DNA from: Candidatus Eiseniibacteriota bacterium
GTDB lineage: Bacteria; Eisenbacteria; RBG-16-71-46
Length of the DNA stretch: 64,000 nt
Assembly: GCA_963776245.1 (NCBI GenBank)
Contig: CAVZLN010000004.1
Coordinates: 32,001 to 96,000, forward strand
Direction of reading: 5' to 3'
In this document: positions 35,209 to 45,286 of the stretch, piece by piece
How the letters are laid out: each line of letters starts with the position of its first letter
Numbering within the stretch: position 1 is the first letter of the stretch
Translations under genes and position numbers: made by a program
The notes under the pieces: model-generated
Seen by the model: only the letters and a program-made list of their open reading frames with translations
What the model was told of the DNA's origin: nothing
Database searches by the model: none

Positions 35209-36042
35209 GTGCGTGCGCTGGCGCTCGAGGATCCGGACTACCCCGCGGCGGTGCGCGGGCTCGCCGACGCGCCGGCGTTCCTCTTCGTGCGCGGCACGCT
35301 GGCGCCGGGTGCGCGGGTGGTGGCGATCGTCGGCGCGCGCGCCGCGACACCCTACGGCCTGCACGTCGCGCGCACCCTCGCCGCCGACCTCGCGCGCTGC
35401 GACGTGTGCGTGGTGAGCGGCCTGGCGCGCGGGATCGACGCCGCGGCGCACGAGGGCGCGCTCGAAGGGGGCGGCGCGAGCGTGGCGGTGGTGCCCTCGG
35501 GGCTGGACGCCATCGTGCCGCCCCAGCACGTGCCGCTCGCCGAGCGGCTGGTGGCGCGGGGCGCGCTGGTGAGCGAATGGGCCTCCGGGCCGCCCCGGTT
35601 CCGCGGCGCGTTCGTGACCCGCAATCGCATCATCGCGGCGCTCGCCGCGGCCACCGTGGTGGTGGAGGCGGGCGAGTCGAGCGGTGCGCTCGCCACCGCC
35701 GCCGCCGCGCGCGCGCTCGGGCGCCCGGTGCTCGCGGTCCCCGGAGACGTCGACCGGCCCACCAGTCGCGGCCCGCACGGTCTGCTGCGTGCCGGCGCGC
35801 GGGTGTGCGAGGGGGCCGGAGATGTGCTCGCGAGTCTCGCGGCCGGGAGCGGCGTGGGGGCGAGCGCGGAGTCGCGCATGCTCGCGGCCCTCGGCGACGC
35901 GCCCCGGGCCCTCGAGCCGCTCGCCGCGGCGGCGCGACTGGAAGTGGACGCCGCGCTCGCCGCCCTGCTGCGGCTCGAGTGGGCCGGCCTGGCCGTGTCG
36001 TGGCCGGGCCAGCGCTTCGCGCGCGCGCGGAGTGCGGCGTGA
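35209..36042 (+). CDS. dprA: DNA-processing protein DprA (no N-terminal SAM domain evident)
   Basis: DYP, VAIVGAR, VSGLARGIDAAAH, RNRIIA, VVEAG..SGAL.TA. Confidence 0.92.
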   Translation: MRALALEDPDYPAAVRGLADAPAFLFVRGTLAPGARVVAIVGARAATPYGLHVARTLAADLARCDVCVVSGLARGIDAAAHEGALEGGGASVAVVPSGLDAIVPPQHVPLAERLVARGALVSEWASGPPRFRGAFVTRNRIIAALAAATVVVEAGESSGALATAAAARALGRPVLAVPGDVDRPTSRGPHGLLRAGARVCEGAGDVLASLAAGSGVGASAESRMLAALGDAPRALEPLAAAARLEVDAALAALLRLEWAGLAVSWPGQRFARARSAA

Positions 36043-36938
36043 GGGCGCGCGAGCACGCCGCGGCCGCGCTCGTGATGGCGCTCGCGGGCGGGGCGCGCAC
36101 GCTCCCGTGGCGTGCGTCGCTCGCCGCCGGCGAGCGACTGGGCGATCTGGCGCGCAGCCTCGGGGTGCGCCGGAGGGTGGCCGAGGACAACCTCGCGCAG
36201 GCCTTCCCGGAGCGCGACGCGGCCTGGCGGGGCGAGGTGCTGCGCGAGCACTACCGCGAGCTCGGGCGCGTCGTGGTGGAGTACGCGCGGCTCGCGGAGC
36301 TGGCGGCGGCGCCCGCGGGTGAGGTGGTGGCGGAGGTGAGCGGTCTCGAACATGTGCACGCCGCGCGTGCCGCGGGGCGGGGGTGCATCGTGCTCACCGC
36401 GCACTTCGGGCACTTCGAGCTCGCGGGGGCCTGGCTCGCGCGCACCATCCCGATGGACTTCGTGTACAAGCCGCTGAGCAATCCGGCGGTCGAGGCCTGG
36501 ATCGTGCGGGCTCGCGCGGCCGCGGGCGTGGGGCTCATCCCGGTCGGAGCGGGGATGCGACGGGTGTTCGAGTCCCTGCGCGCGGGCCGGGTGGTGGCGT
36601 TCCTGGCGGATCAGGATGCCGGCCGTCACGGGGTGTTCGTGCCCTTCCTCGGCCGGCCGGCGAGCACGTTCCCAGGCCCGGCGCAGCTCGCGTTGCGCAC
36701 CGGCGCGCCGGTGGTCTTCGGTCTCGCCCACCGACTACCCGACGGGCGGCACGCGATCGAGTTCGAACCGCTCCCGGCGCCGCACGACGCGACCGGGCCG
36801 GAGGCGGTGACGCGATTCACGGCGCACCACGCGGCGCGCCTCGAGGCGCGGGTCCGCGAGCGGCCGGCGATGTGGTTCTGGCTCCACCGGCGTTGGAAGA
36901 CACGGCCGCCCGGGGACACCGGCGCGACCGGGAGGTAG
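36039..36938 (+). CDS. Lipid A late acyltransferase family (LpxL/HtrB)
   Basis: TAHFGHFE, LADQD, FLGRPA, WFWLHRRWKT. Confidence 0.88.
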   Translation: MRAREHAAAALVMALAGGARTLPWRASLAAGERLGDLARSLGVRRRVAEDNLAQAFPERDAAWRGEVLREHYRELGRVVVEYARLAELAAAPAGEVVAEVSGLEHVHAARAAGRGCIVLTAHFGHFELAGAWLARTIPMDFVYKPLSNPAVEAWIVRARAAAGVGLIPVGAGMRRVFESLRAGRVVAFLADQDAGRHGVFVPFLGRPASTFPGPAQLALRTGAPVVFGLAHRLPDGRHAIEFEPLPAPHDATGPEAVTRFTAHHAARLEARVRERPAMWFWLHRRWKTRPPGDTGATGR

Positions 36939-36941
36939 AGG

Positions 36942-37370
36942 ATGCACCGCTTCGCATTCCGCGTGCGCTACGGCGACACCGATCAGATGGGCTGGGCCTA
37001 CTACGCGAACTACCTGCGCTGGTTCGAGGTCGGGCGCGCGGAGATGATGCGCGCGCTCGGGCGCTCCTACCGCGAGGTCGAGGAGGGGATGGGCGTGCTC
37101 CTGCCGGTGCTGCAGGCGCGCTGCCGCTACTTCCAGGGCGCCCGCTACGACGACCTGGTGGTGGTGGAGACCGGGGTGGCCCGGCTCCAGCGCGCGAGCG
37201 TGACGTTCGCCTATCGCATCGTGCGCGAGCACGATGGCGCGCTCCTCGCCACCGGCATCACCGAGCACTGCTGCGTGGACCGATCCGGCCGCGCGGTGCG
37301 GCCCCCCGCGGAGCTCGCGCGACTGCTCGCCGAGGCGCCGCGCGCGCCGGCGGACGCCCACCGGGACTGA
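36942..37370 (+). CDS. Acyl-CoA thioesterase, YbgC/FadM family
   Basis: VRYGDTDQMG..YYANYLRWFEVGR. Confidence 0.9.
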   Translation: MHRFAFRVRYGDTDQMGWAYYANYLRWFEVGRAEMMRALGRSYREVEEGMGVLLPVLQARCRYFQGARYDDLVVVETGVARLQRASVTFAYRIVREHDGALLATGITEHCCVDRSGRAVRPPAELARLLAEAPRAPADAHRD

Positions 37371-37405
37371 GGGCGGCCGGGGCGCGCCCGCGTCCCGGGA
37401 ACCGG

Positions 37406-37702
37406 TCAGGGCTTGAAGCCGAGCGACGGCCTCGGATCGCCCGGCAGCTTGATGGCGCCGAACTGACCCTCGTAGGTCTTGAGGTTCTGCTCGAGGGTGA
37501 GCAGGAGCGACTTCGCGTGCTGCGGCGTGAGGATGACGCGCGCGTACACCTTCGCCTTGGGCAGGCCGGGCAGGGCGCGGGCGAAGTCGAGGATGACCTC
37601 CGAGGCCGAGTGCGCGATCAGGACGAGGTTCGAGTAGATGCCCTCGGCCTCCCGCTCGGACAGCTCGATCTGCAGAGGAGGCGGCTGCTGGGGGTTTTCC
37701 AC
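37406..37702 (-). CDS. DUF3467-like small protein
   Basis: AEGIYSN..LIAHS..E.ILDF...ARVILTPQHAK; GTG after GGAG. Confidence 0.85.
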   Translation of the reverse strand: MENPQQPPPLQIELSEREAEGIYSNLVLIAHSASEVILDFARALPGLPKAKVYARVILTPQHAKSLLLTLEQNLKTYEGQFGAIKLPGDPRPSLGFKP

Positions 37703-37873
37703 GGTGGTCTCCGGGTTCACGCCCAGTCGCGGCTCCCACCGGGGGCTCCGGTGTGCGAACGGGCGTTTCGCACGACTCGAACGATAGTGAGGTCGCGGGT
37801 CCATGGTCAAGCCCGATAGGAGGTTATGCGCGCACGGCCCGATGCCGCATGAAACCCGGCGGCGGGCCATGGG

Positions 37874-37889
37874 TGGCACGCGGGTTGCG
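37874..37889 (+). promoter_or_regulatory. Sigma54 promoter upstream of the GAF-kinase gene
   Basis: TGGCAC-GCGGG-TTGCG. Confidence 0.85.
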
Positions 37890-37932
37890 CTCTTCCGAAG
37901 TCGGCATCGCATGCCATGTCCCTGGAGAACCG

Positions 37933-39363
37933 ATGGACCACGAACCCTCTCGCGGGTCGTTGCCACCTCCGACCCCCCCGGACATCGCCCGCACGACGGA
38001 ACGGCTGCTCGACCCGGACGGCCGCGCGGCCCGGGCGCTCCGCCGCGAGGAGCAGGCGGCGGCGCTCGCCGAACTGGCGCGCGGGGCGGGCGCGGTGGCG
38101 CACCTCGCCGAGGCGTTCCACCTCGCGGTGCGCCTCGCCACCCGGGCGACGTCATCGTGCGGGAGCGTGGCGTGGCGCGCCGATGAGACGGGCGCGCCGC
38201 GCCTCGAGGTCACCCACGGCCCGGTGGCGCGGCGCGAACGAGCCGCGCAGGCGCTCCTCCCGCTGGCGGCGGAGGCGATGGCGAAGCTGGCGCCGCTGGT
38301 GCTCGACCGCGTGACGGACGACCCGCGCCTGAGCGCGGAGGACGCCGCTTCGCTCTCCGTGATCGCGGTGGTCCCGTGCGTGATGCAGGGCCACGCGCTG
38401 GGCGCGCTCGCGGTCTACGATGCCGTCCCGTCGTCCCCCGGCGCGGCACCGGGCTACGACGCGGGAGACGTGCAGTTCCTCTCGACGCTCGCCGCGATCC
38501 TGGGAGCCACCGCCGCGCAGGCCGAACAGCACGCGATGGTGCGCTCGGGCGAGCTCCGGCTGCACGAGCTGCGGGCGCGGCTGGCGCGCGAGGAGCGGCT
38601 CGCGTCACTCGGCGAGGACGCGCTGCGCGTCGCTCGCGAAGCCCGCAATCCGCTCGCCTCGATCGCGGCGTTCGCGCGCCGCGTGCAACGCGCGCTGCCC
38701 GAGGAGCGATCCCGCAGCGCGAGTCGCTGGAGATCGTGGTGCGCGAGGTCGGCCGGCTCGAGCGCGATGCTGGCCGAGACGCTGGCGAGGCGCCCGCCGA
38801 GCGCCCGCGCCTCACCGTGGAGAGCGCTGAACCAGTCGGTGCAGGAGGCGCTGCAGGCGGCGCGGCGAGACGCTGGTGCGCCGCCGCGTGCGGCTGCTCA
38901 AGAAGCTCGCCCCCGACCTGCCGGCACTGCTGCTCGACGCCGAGCGCGTCCGTCGCGTGGTCGAGAACATCGTCGCCTACGCGCTCGATTCGGTCCCGGT
39001 GGGCGGGCGCGTGCGGGTGGAGTCGCGGCGGGCCGGGCGCCCACGTGCAGGTCGAGATCGCCACGACGGCCCGCGCGCCCGGCGGGCGACCTGCTCGAGC
39101 AGCTGTTCGTGCCGTTCGCCGACCGGGCAGCGCTCGGCGGCGCGGCGGTGGGCTCGGGGTGGCGCAGCAGATCGTGCGCGAGCACGGCGGCGAGATCCGC
39201 GTGCGCGGCGAGGGCGAGTGGAGCGAACGTGGTGTCTCGTTCACGCTGCCGGTCGCCGGGCAACGAGGACCGCCGCCGCCGCCGCGACCGGCGCCGCCGC
39301 GGCGCCGCGGACCGGCGGCCGCGTCCGGCGCGTGAGGCGCACGCCGCGGGCGCGGCGGTTTGA
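37933..39363 (+). CDS. GAF-domain histidine kinase-like protein with degenerate H and N boxes (frameshifted)
   Basis: GAF domain, ERLASLGE, VAREARNPL, D.ERVRRVVENIV, LFVPF, GLGVAQQIVREHGGEI. Confidence 0.75.
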   Translation: MDHEPSRGSLPPPTPPDIARTTERLLDPDGRAARALRREEQAAALAELARGAGAVAHLAEAFHLAVRLATRATSSCGSVAWRADETGAPRLEVTHGPVARRERAAQALLPLAAEAMAKLAPLVLDRVTDDPRLSAEDAASLSVIAVVPCVMQGHALGALAVYDAVPSSPGAAPGYDAGDVQFLSTLAAILGATAAQAEQHAMVRSGELRLHELRARLAREERLASLGEDALRVAREARNPLASIAAFARRVQRALPEERSRSASRWRSWCARSAGSSAMLAETLARRPPSARASPWRALNQSVQEALQAARRDAGAPPRAAAQEARPRPAGTAARRRARPSRGREHRRLRARFGPGGRARAGGVAAGRAPTCRSRSPRRPARPAGDLLEQLFVPFADRAALGGAAVGSGWRSRSCASTAARSACAARASGANVVSRSRCRSPGNEDRRRRRDRRRRGAADRRPRPAREAHAAGAAV

Positions 39364-39444
39364 CGCCCTCGCGCGACGGCATGATAGAAACGTCACGCCT
39401 CGGGGCAGGGTCTTGCTGTGGGTCCGACCCTCGGGCGTGGCGTC

Positions 39445-39520
39445 GCCACCCTAGCTCAGTTGGTAGAGCACGTGACTGAAAATCACGGTGTCCCCAGTTC
39501 GATTCTGGGGGGTGGCACCA
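39445..39520 (+). tRNA. tRNA-Phe (GAA)
   Basis: 76-nt cloverleaf, anticodon loop CTGAAAA, TTCGA, CCA end. Confidence 0.97.
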
Positions 39521-39581
39521 TTCTCATGGGCAGCGCCGCGCGGCTCTCATCCGGTCCCGCGGCGGCCTCCGGGTTCGTCGA

Positions 39582-39657
39582 GCTGGTGTAGCTCAGCTGG
39601 TAGAGCACGTCACTCGTAATGAAGGGGTCACCGGTTCGATTCCGGTCACCAGCTCCA
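39582..39657 (+). tRNA. tRNA-Thr (CGT)
   Basis: 76 nt, loop CTCGTAA, TTCGA, CCA; one G-A mismatch in the anticodon stem. Confidence 0.93.
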
Positions 39658-39805
39658 GTCTTTCTCAGGCAGTCGAGAGCGCCCGGGCACGACCGGCGAC
39701 GGTGCCGGGCCGGTGCCGGGCGCCTCGCGCGCCGGCGTCGGCCCGCGTCCGTTCCACCGGCCGGTCGCGGCCCGACGGAGGGTTCGCGGGTGAGTCGCTC
39801 CGCTC

Positions 39806-41151
39806 ATGATCAGCGTCGCCGGGGTGCGCGGCATCGTCGGCGAGTCGCTGACCCCGTCCGTGGTGGCGCGCTTCGCCGCGGCGTTCGCGCGCGCGCTCGG
39901 CGAGGGCCCCGTCGTGGTGGGGCGCGACGCGCGCTCTCGCGGCCCGATGGTGTTCCGCGCCGTCGCCGCCGGGCTGACCGCCGCCGGGCGCGACGTCGTG
40001 GACATCGGGCTCGCCACCACGCCCACGACGCAGGTCGCCGTGGAGCACCTGCGCGCGGCGGGCGGCGTGATCCTCACCGCGAGCCACAACCCCGCGCGAG
40101 TGGAACGCGCTCAAGTTCCTGTCCGCGCGCGGCGAGTTCCTCGGACCGCGAGGAGGGCGCCCGCGTGCGCGAGCGCTTCGAGGCGGACCGCGACCTGTGG
40201 GTGCCGTTGGACGCGCTCGGCGGCGTGCGCGCCGAGCGCGGCGCGCTCGACTGGCACCTCGAGCGCGTGCTCGGTCTCGAGTACCTCGACGTGCCGGCGA
40301 TCCGCGCGCGGCGCCTCGAAGGTGGTCGTGGATGGCTGCGCGAGCGTCGGCGGAATCGCCGTGCCGCGCGCTGCTGCGCGAGCTCGGCGCCGCGGTGGTG
40401 GAGCTCGACTGCGTGCCGAGCGGCGCGTTCACGCGCGAGCTCGAGCCGCTGCCCGGAGCACCTCGGCGCGCTCGGCCGCCGGGCGGTGCGCGAGACCGGC
40501 GCCGACCTCGGCGTCGCGCTCGATCCGGATGCCGACCGCGCGGCGTTCGTGGACGCTGCCGGCGTGCCGCTCGGGCGAGGAGTACACCGTCGCGCTCGGC
40601 ACGCGCGTGGTGCTCGCGCGACGGCGGGGCCCGGTCGTGACAAACCTCTCCACGTCCCGTATGCTCGACGCGGTCTGCGATCGTGCCGGCGTCCCGCTGT
40701 TCCGCACGCCGGTGGGCGAGGCCCACGTCGTGGCCGGCATGCGCACCCACGGGGCGGTCGCCGGTGGCGAGGGCAATGGCGGCATGATCCTACCGGCCGC
40801 GCACTATGGGCGCGACGGCCTGGTCGCCGTGGCGCTGGTCGCGCAGGCGGTGCCGCCTCGGGGCGTCACGCTCCGGGCGCTGGCCGACAAGCTGCCCCGC
40901 TACCACATGGTGAAGGAGAAGCGCGGCTGCCCCGACGAGCCCTGGGAGCGGGTCGCGGAGCGTCTGCGCCTCGCGTTCCCGGAGTTCGCCGCGGACGCGA
41001 GCGACGGCTTGCGGTTCGCGCTGGCGAGGCGTGGGTGCATGTGCGACCGTCGGGCACCGAGCCGGTGGTGCGGGTGATCGCCGAGACTCCGGACGCGGGC
41101 GGCACACGGGCGCTGCTGGATCGCGCGGCGCGCGCGCTGCGAGCGGCCTGA
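39806..41151 (+). CDS. glmM: Phosphoglucosamine mutase / phosphohexomutase (multiple frameshifts)
   Basis: GVRG, GRD.R, TASHNP, DPDADR, GGEGNGG, RPSGTEP; upstream of glmS. Confidence 0.8.
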
Positions 41152-41201
41152 CCGGCCGCGGCAGGGCGGGCCGGGTCCCCGGCCGGGAAGGAGTGGACAC
41201 G

Positions 41202-43039
41202 ATGTGCGGAATCGTCGGATACGTCGGGCACCGGGCGTGCCTCGGCATCCTGATCGAGGGGCTGAAGCGGCTGGAGTACCGCGGCTACGATTCCGCGGGC
41301 GTCGCGCTCCAGGAGGACGGCGGGCTGCGCGTCATCAAGGCGGCCGGCAAGATCCGCGAGCTCGAGGCCCGCATCGGCCGCGAGGCGCACCCCGCCCAGC
41401 AGGGCATCGCGCACACGCGCTGGGCGACGCACGGCGAGCCCAACGACGCGAACGCCCACCCGCACACCGATCCCGACAGGCCGGATCGCGCTCGTGCACA
41501 ACGGCATCATCGAGAACTACGCCACGCTCAAGAGCGCCGCTCGAGGCCGAGGGCTACCGCTTCCGCACCCAGACCGACACCGAGGTGCTCGCCCACCTGA
41601 TCGTCGAAGTACAAGCGACGCGGGCTCAAGCTCGAGCAGGCGGTGGGCAGGCGCTCGCCGACGTCGAGGGCACCTACGGCATCGCGGTGATGTCCGCGGA
41701 CGAGCCCGGCACCGTGGTCGGCGCGCGCAAGGGCAGCCCGCTGGTGGTCGGCATCGCCGACGGCGAGTACTTCCTCGCCTCCGACGTGGCGGCCATCGTC
41801 GAGCACACCCGCCAGGTCATCTACCTCGACGACGGCGAGATGGCGGTGCTCTCGCCCGACGGCTTCCACACCGCGACCATCGCGAACGTGCCGGTCGACA
41901 AGGCGGTGCACGAGGTCGACTGGGACCTGGCCCAGATCGAGAAGGGCGGCTTCGCCCACTTCATGCTCAAGGAGATCTTCGAGCAGCCCGACTCGGTCCG
42001 GAACGCGATGCGCGGCCGGCTCAACGTCGCCGAGGGGCTGGCCCGCCTCGGCGGCCTCAACCTGCGCGCCGAGGAGCTGCGCGAGATCCGCCGCATCATC
42101 ATCCTCGGCTGCGGCACCTCCTGGCACGCCGGCCTGATCGGCGAGTACATGCTCGAGGAGCACGCGCGCATCCCGGTCGAGGTGGAGTACGCCTCCGAGT
42201 TCCGCTACCGCAACCCGATCGTCGACGACGGCACCGCGGTGCTGGCCATCACCCAGTCGGGCGAGACCGCCGACACGCTGGCGGCGATGCGCGAGGCGCA
42301 GCGCAAGGGCGCGCGGTCGCTCGGCATCGTCAACGTGGTCGGCTCCACCATCGCGCGCGAGTCGGACGGCGGCGTCTACCTCGCACGCCGGCCCCGAGAT
42401 CGGCGTCGCCTCCACCAAGGCGTTCACCAGCCAGGTGACCGTGCTGGCGCTGCTGACGCTCGCCCTCGGCCGCCAGCGCTCGCTCTCCCGCGAAGCGGGC
42501 ATCGAGCTGGCGCGCGAGCTCGACGCGCTGCCCGGGCGAGGATCCAGCGCATCCTCGACCACAGCGACGGGGTGCGCAAGATCGCCGCGCAGTACGTGCA
42601 CCACGAGAACTTCCTCTACCTCGGGCGCGGCTACAACTTCCCGGTGGCGCTCGAGGGCGCGCTGAAGCTCAAGGAGATCTCCTACATCCACGCCGAGGGC
42701 TATCCGGCCGCCGAGATGAAGCACGGCCCGATCGCGCTGATCGACGAGAACATGCCGGTCGTCTTCATCTGCACGCGCGACAGCGCGTACGAGAAGGTCA
42801 TGAGCAACATGGAGGAGGTGCGGGCGCGCAAGGGGCGCATCATCGCCGTCGCGACCGAGGGCGACACCGAGGTCGCGGCGCACGCCGATCACGTCATCCA
42901 CGTGCCGCACGCGGCGCCCATGCTCCAGCCGATGCTCTCGGTCGTCCCGCTGCAGCTGCTGGCCTACCACGTCGCCGTGCTGCGCGGCTGCGACGTGGAC
43001 CAGCCGCGGAACCTCGCCAAGAGCGTCACCGTCGAGTGA
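41202..43039 (+). CDS. glmS: Glutamine-fructose-6-phosphate aminotransferase (multiple frameshifts)
   Basis: [50 protein letters not shown]. Confidence 0.96.
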
Positions 43040-43065
43040 CGGCGAGGGCCGGGCAGGAGGGATCC

Positions 43066-43467
43066 GTGAAGAGCGCGGTGAGCGTGAAGGACGCCCCGGC
43101 GGCGATCGGGCCGTACAGCCAGGCGCAGGTGGTGCGCCTGCACGGGGGCAACCGGATGGTGTTCACGGCCGGGCAGATCGCGCTCGACCCGGCGACCGGG
43201 CAGCTGGTGGCCGGCGGCGTGGTCGAGCAGACCGAGCGCGTCTTCCGGAACCTCGCCGCCGTGCTCGCGGGCGCCGGGCTGGGGCTCGACGACGTGGTGA
43301 AGACCACGGTGTACCTCGTCGACATGGCGGACTTCGAGGCCATGAACGAGGTGTACGCCCGGCACCTCGGCGGCTCGCTGCCGGCGCGCACGACCATCGC
43401 GGCCGCGGGATTGCCGCGCGGAGCGCGCGTGGAGATCGACTGCGTCGCCGTCGGTCGCGACCACTGA
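43066..43467 (+). CDS. ridA: RidA/YjgF family deaminase
   Basis: APAAIGPYSQA, AGQIALDP, VVKTTVYL, PART, LPRGARVEI. Confidence 0.9.
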   Translation: MKSAVSVKDAPAAIGPYSQAQVVRLHGGNRMVFTAGQIALDPATGQLVAGGVVEQTERVFRNLAAVLAGAGLGLDDVVKTTVYLVDMADFEAMNEVYARHLGGSLPARTTIAAAGLPRGARVEIDCVAVGRDH

Positions 43468-43495
43468 CCGCACTCGGCCGCAGGAAGGAGCGCCC

Positions 43496-44554
43496 GTGAG
43501 CGAGCGGCGGCGCATCGAGGTGCGCCTGACGGCGCAGGTGGCGTGCGCGGGCTGAGCGTCCAAGCTGGGTCCGGCGGACCTGCGAGAGGCGTTGCGGGGG
43601 CTCCCGGCGGTGAAACGCGACCGCCGCGTGCTGGTCGACCAGACCACGCTCGACGACGCCGGCGTGTTCGCGCTCGGGCGCGGCGAGGCGCTGGTGCAGA
43701 CGGTGGACTTCTTCACGCCGATCGTCGACGATCCGTACGACTACGGGCGCATCGCCGCCGCCAACGCGCTGTCCGACGTGTACGCGATGGGCGGCACGCC
43801 GCTCACCGCGCTCGCGCTGCTGTGCGTGCCCGACGGCACCGCGCCCGGGGTGCTGCGCGACATCCTGCGCGGCGGCCAGGATGCCATGAAGGAGGCCGGG
43901 TGCAGCATCGTCGGCGGCCACTCGGTCCGCGACCCCGAGCTCAAGTTCGGCTACGCGTCACCGGCATCGCGCAGCGGCGTCGGCTGCTCACCAACGCCGG
44001 CGCGCGTCCGGGCGACCGGCTGGTCCTCACCAAGCCGCTCGGCACCGGCATCCTGACGACCGCGCTCAAGCGCGGGCCGGCTCGACCGGGCGGGCGCCGC
44101 GCGCGTGACGCGCGTCATGGCGCGCTCAACCGCGCGGCCGCCGAGGCGGCGGTGGAGTTCGGCGCGCGCGCGGCGACCGACGTCACCGGCTTCGGCCTGC
44201 TCGGCCACGCTTCGCAGCTGGCCGAGGCGAGCGGCGTGACGCTGCGCCTGCGGCCGGCCCGGCGCTGGTTCCTGCCGCGCGTGCTCGAGCTGGTCGGCGG
44301 AGGGCGTCACGCCGGGCGGGCTCGCGAACGGAACCGCGAGTTCTTCGCCCCGGGGTGGACGAGGGCGGACTGCCCGAGGCGCTGGCTGCAGGCGCTCTAC
44401 GATCCGCAGACCTCGGGCGGACTGCTGGTGGCGGTGCCGGCGCGGCGCGCGGCCGAGCTCCTCGGCGCGCTCGAAGCGCCGCCGGGTCTGGGCGGCCGAG
44501 ATCGGCGCGGCGGTGGCGCGCGGCGCACGCCTCGTCGAGCTCGTGGCGCCGTGA
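43496..44554 (+). CDS. selD: Selenide, water dikinase with in-frame UGA (Sec) at 43553-43555; later frameshifts
   Basis: RLT...CAG-UGA-ASKLGP, DDAGV, QTVDFFTPIVDDPY, AANALSDVYAMGG, TDVTGFGLLGH, DPQTSGGLL. Confidence 0.95.
43566..43582 (+). promoter_or_regulatory. SECIS-like hairpin
   Basis: GGTCC-ggc-GGACC stem with G-starting loop 17 nt after the UGA. Confidence 0.6.
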
Positions 44555-44588
44555 GCGGGCGACGGGCCGATGAGGAGGTCGACGACGG

Positions 44589-44686
44589 GGGAACGGATGG
44601 GTTCTGGTGGTCCCCGGGGACTTCAAATCCCGCGGTCGGGCGCGTGCAGCGCCCGAGGTGGGTTCGATTCCCACACGTTCCCGCCA
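44589..44686 (+). tRNA. selC: tRNA-Sec (TCA)
   Basis: 98 nt; loop CTTCAAA; long variable arm TCGGGCGC/GCGCCCGA; GTGGG-TTCGATT-CCCAC; GCCA end; directly after selD. Confidence 0.95.
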
Positions 44687-44698
44687 CTTCTGGCAGCG

Positions 44699-45286
44699 GT
44701 GCTCGCCGGGGTCGTGGGTCTGACGACGCCGGCGATCCGGCCGGCGAGTGCCGCGGCGCCGGATCCGGTGCGCGCGGGCGCGCCGGGGGCGGTCACGGTG
44801 GACGGAGCGGCGGTGGACTCGGCGGGCGCCGGGAGCGCGCCCCGGCGAGCCCCGCCGGAGACGCCGCAGGGCATCTTCGAACAGCCGCGCTGGGTGATGC
44901 TGCGCTCGCTGGTGGTGCCCGGCTGGGGACAGTTGCACAACGGCTCATGGCTCAAGGCGCTCGCGATGGCCACCGGCGAGGGGCTGATCGGCCGGCGCGT
45001 GCTCGACGATCAGCGCGTGCTCCGCCGGCTCGACCGCGAGGTCGCGGCCTCCCGCGCGGCGGGCGACATCGAGCGTGAGAATGAGCTCATCGCGAGCTAC
45101 AATGCCCGGCTCGACCAGTCGGTGCGGCGCCAGTGGCTGCTGGCGGGCGTGCTGACGTACTCCCTGCTCGACGCCTACGTCGATGCGCACTTCCGGGACT
45201 TCCGACTCGAATTCGAGAACGACCCGGCGCTCCCCGGCGGCGTGCGCCGCGGCGGGGCGCGGGTCTCCATCAGGTGGCGCTTTTGA
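44699..45286 (+). CDS. DUF5683-like membrane/exported protein (start uncertain)
   Basis: [15 protein letters not shown] and [10 protein letters not shown] motifs. Confidence 0.7.
   Translation: MLAGVVGLTTPAIRPASAAAPDPVRAGAPGAVTVDGAAVDSAGAGSAPRRAPPETPQGIFEQPRWVMLRSLVVPGWGQLHNGSWLKALAMATGEGLIGRRVLDDQRVLRRLDREVAASRAAGDIERENELIASYNARLDQSVRRQWLLAGVLTYSLLDAYVDAHFRDFRLEFENDPALPGGVRRGGARVSIRWRF

Noticed and set aside
39445..39800. Integrative element or CRISPR array at tRNA loci
   Set aside because: No integrase, transposase, duplicated tRNA 3' end or repeat-spacer pattern was seen
41151..41201. glmS ribozyme
   Set aside because: The gap upstream of glmS is only ~50 nt and has no recognisable ribozyme core
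44570..44698. Protein-coding extension running through tRNA-Sec
   Set aside because: The translation shows no protein-like motifs; a start at or after 44699 explains the downstream gene
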